DNA of 64,000 nucleotides from assembly GCF_009834535.1 (NCBI RefSeq), contig NC_045696.1, positions 24,492,001 through 24,556,000 on the forward strand. The letters run 5' to 3'. Of this stretch, positions 61,420-64,000 are shown in pieces. A model generated the notes under the pieces. That model was not told the origin of the DNA, ran no database searches, and saw nothing but the letters and a program-made list of their open reading frames with translations. The translations under genes and the position numbers were made by a program. How positions within the stretch are numbered: position 1 is the stretch's first letter; the number at the start of each line of letters is the position of its first letter. Origin of the DNA: Camelus ferus. Taxonomy: Eukaryota.

Positions 61420-62950
61420 ATTATTTCAACTAACTCATATGGAGTACTAACTATTAACAATGTTAAAGGTACTAAAGATACTGCAAGATACCTATATAGA
61501 AGGGTATGGTTCCTGCCTTCTTTCAGTTTAGAGTCTATTGGAAAGAAAGACATTTAACCAATGATGACATGAAAATATAAATCTGAAACTGCAGTGAAAG
61601 CCAAGAAGGTAAAGGAATGAAGACTTAATTTGAACTTGGAAGTCAGGAAAAATGTCTCTGAAAAAGAAAATAACATTTAGATTGAGGCTCCAGAGGTGAG
61701 TAGGAAGGAATTAATCAGGTCAAGAGAATGAGAATAAGCATTCCAGGCAGAGGGAGCAGCATGTACCAAAATCTGAGGAAGGAGAATTATGGAGGTTGGG
61801 AACTAGAGGTCTGCATCTTGTGAGCCAGAGGGGAGCCTAGAGATATGGGTCTTATCGATCCAATTAGGTATTGTGGATTTTATTTAAGGAATACTGTGAA
61901 ATTCTGTAGTAACTTAAGTGGGATAGTATCATCAGATTTACATCTTTCAAAGAGAACTTGGACATTATATTACGAATCAACTAAAGAAGTGCATAAGCTA
62001 AAAGAAAACCAATTCAGGACACGGCAATAGTTTCAATGAGAGAAAATTAAACTAGGGTGGTAACAATGGGAATAGATAAAAAAGAAACAGATTCAAGACA
62101 CATTTTAGAGAATAGCCCAAACTCAGTTAAGGAATAAATATAAGTAAACAAAGGAGAGGTAAATGGCAAAGGTGGACTGTGCAGCAGGGTAAATAAAGAT
62201 GATGTTCTTCATCTTGAGTTTAAGAAGACCAGATGAGAATCGTGTTGGGGCAGGGGTGGTGTTCAGAAGCCAGTCTGATCATGTTTACACATCGTTTTAA
62301 GTAGGTAGTTGGATATGTGAGTCTGAATCTCTGAAGAAAGCCCTAGAGAAATAAATTGGGAATCATCTAAATATAAATGGTATTAAAAGCCGTGTGTGTG
62401 CACGTGTGCATGTGTGTGCGTGCACGTGTGTGTGTGTGTGTGTGTGTGTAGATGAGGAAAAAAATGATGGTAATATTAGATGAGAACTCAGAGTTAGTTC
62501 TAAAGGAATTTAAGCATTTAATTTGAGAGAAAAGGAGGTATCAGCATGTAAGAGAGAAAGAACAACCAAAAAAGGTGAAAAGAAAACCAGGAACATGATG
62601 TCACAGAAGCCAAGAAAAGAGTTTCCTAAAGGTCATCATGGTCAATATTGCTAAATATCAAGTAGTAAAGGAGTCTGAGGATGGTTCACTGGACCACAAA
62701 AGCAATTTAAATGGAAAGGTAGAGACAAAAATTGATTGATGAGTACATGAGGTGGGTTGAAAGGACAAGAAACTTAAAAGATTAAATTAAAAGAAACAAA
62801 CACAGTTAACATTTTGTGAGAATCATGCCTGGGAAAGGAGTAGAAAGAGTGGTTAATAAAAGATAGTGAATTAAAGATAGATGAGATCAGAGCATGTTTG
62901 AAGGCTACTGGGAAAAGTCCTTTAAGGGAAGATGATCAAAATTCAGTAAG
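61420..62950 (-). mobile_element. Long L2 remnant
   Basis: Antisense L2 hallmarks: agcattccaggcagagggagcagcatg, ggtagttggatatgtgagtctgaa, gatgtcacagaagccaagaaaagag. Confidence 0.85.
62392..62450. repeat. (TG)n compound alternating purine-pyrimidine microsatellite
   Basis: cgtgtgtgtgcacgtgtgcatgtgtgtgcgtgcacg(tg)n. Confidence 0.95.
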
Positions 62951-62969
62951 GAGGGAAGATGAATAAACT

Positions 62970-63580
62970 TGTAAATCAAGTTCTGTCACTCCCCTGATTA
63001 GAATAAACTACATATTCCTCAGCCTGCTCTATAAAAGCCTCCTTGAAAACTCCTAGTTAAATCTCTGGCCTAATCTCATGCCACTCTTCCATTCTTTCTC
63101 TTCCCTGGGCATTCACTAAGAATTCTTCCAGGAATTCTAGCTTCAGAACTTTTTACAGGCTGAATCCCCTTCCTTCTGCTATTTTCCTGGCTGACTCATC
63201 TCTGTCATTCAAGTCTTAGTTGAAATGTTCTTTCTGACGATCCAGTGGACCAAAAACCATCTCCAAATTTTCACATGTCTGGTTCTTTCTTGTCATTCAA
63301 GCTTCAGTTTCAGTATCCTCAGTGAAGCCCCTCTTGATCACCAAATGTAAATTAGTAACACTCTCATCCCCACTCCATCACCCTGTTCATTCTTAGTACA
63401 GTACTTCTTATGCCACATTTTCTTGTTTATGTACTTGTTTATATGTTTATGGTATGTCGCTTCTCTCTGGAATGTAGACAATGAAAGCAGGGAGCTCATC
63501 TTACTTGCTCAACACCATATTCCCAGAATGTGGGATAGTGCTTGGCACACAGTAGGTGCTCAATAAAAGTCTGTTGATTG
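62970..63580 (+). mobile_element. L2 3' region with tail
   Basis: tgtcactcccctgatt...gaaagcagggagctcatcttacttgctc...agtgcttggcacacagtaggtgctcaataaa. Confidence 0.85.
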
Positions 63581-64000
63581 GTCAAATGGTAAGTTTAATT
63601 TACATGTCAGTTTTCTTTATTTTATTTTTTTCTCTTTTATTTATATAGGTCAGTTTTCTTAGAAAATGTCTAGAAATTAAAAGGCACATTATTAAAAATT
63701 TTAATCAAATTCAGTACAAGTATACAGGTAACAGATTAGGGGATAGTAGTAAATAACATTATTATTTTAAAATATTATAGAAGATTTCTTTTTAATAGAT
63801 AATCTTAATGATTCTATATCTCTTATAATAATGTTAACTCTAACTTTCATCTGTCAGGTGTATACGACCTAATAGTAAGAAAAGGTTTTTTCAGAAGTTC
63901 TTTGCTATTAGAAAGTAGTCAATCTAATATAAACAATTCACTATGGACAATCCATTTGGTAGATAAAACATACGTTTGAAATCAAAAGTGTATTTACATT

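Noticed and set aside
61420..63580. Long inverted L2 pair as a dsRNA or editing substrate
   Set aside because: Both copies are very diverged and I could not see extended complementarity by eye.
1..64000. CRISPR array, prokaryotic operon, intact transposase/RT or viral ORFs
   Set aside because: No regularly spaced repeat-spacer array and no long ORFs; all LINE and LTR elements are degraded.

Overview
AT-rich, repeat-dense mammalian genomic DNA, probably camelid (a tRNA-derived vic-1-like SINE is present; I saw no Alu, Bov-tA, PRE1 or SINEC). None of the supplied single-exon ORFs looks like a real gene. Reading splice signals by hand reveals a + strand chain of 6 well-supported coding exons plus a probable 7th: 16658-16681, 22543-22674, 39021-39058, 41824-41861, 43592-43678, 50139-50218 and 52780-52919. 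All introns are GT-AG and phase-compatible, giving one open frame of about 179 aa that starts MNLFCFSLEGSMDSLYEPVPEQ. From memory, this matches the N-terminal extension of a long SAMSN1 (HACS1/SLy2) isoform, annotated in human as the separate locus LOC388813; the SH3/SAM core exons are not in the window. The rest is ancient L1M, L2, MIR, MLT1/MLT2/LTR16, MER41-like LTR, hAT and MamSINE1 remnants, microsatellites and a few candidate regulatory or structural motifs. No prokaryote-type system (CRISPR, operon, defence locus) is present. Repeat names and boundaries were judged by eye against remembered consensus sequences and are approximate.
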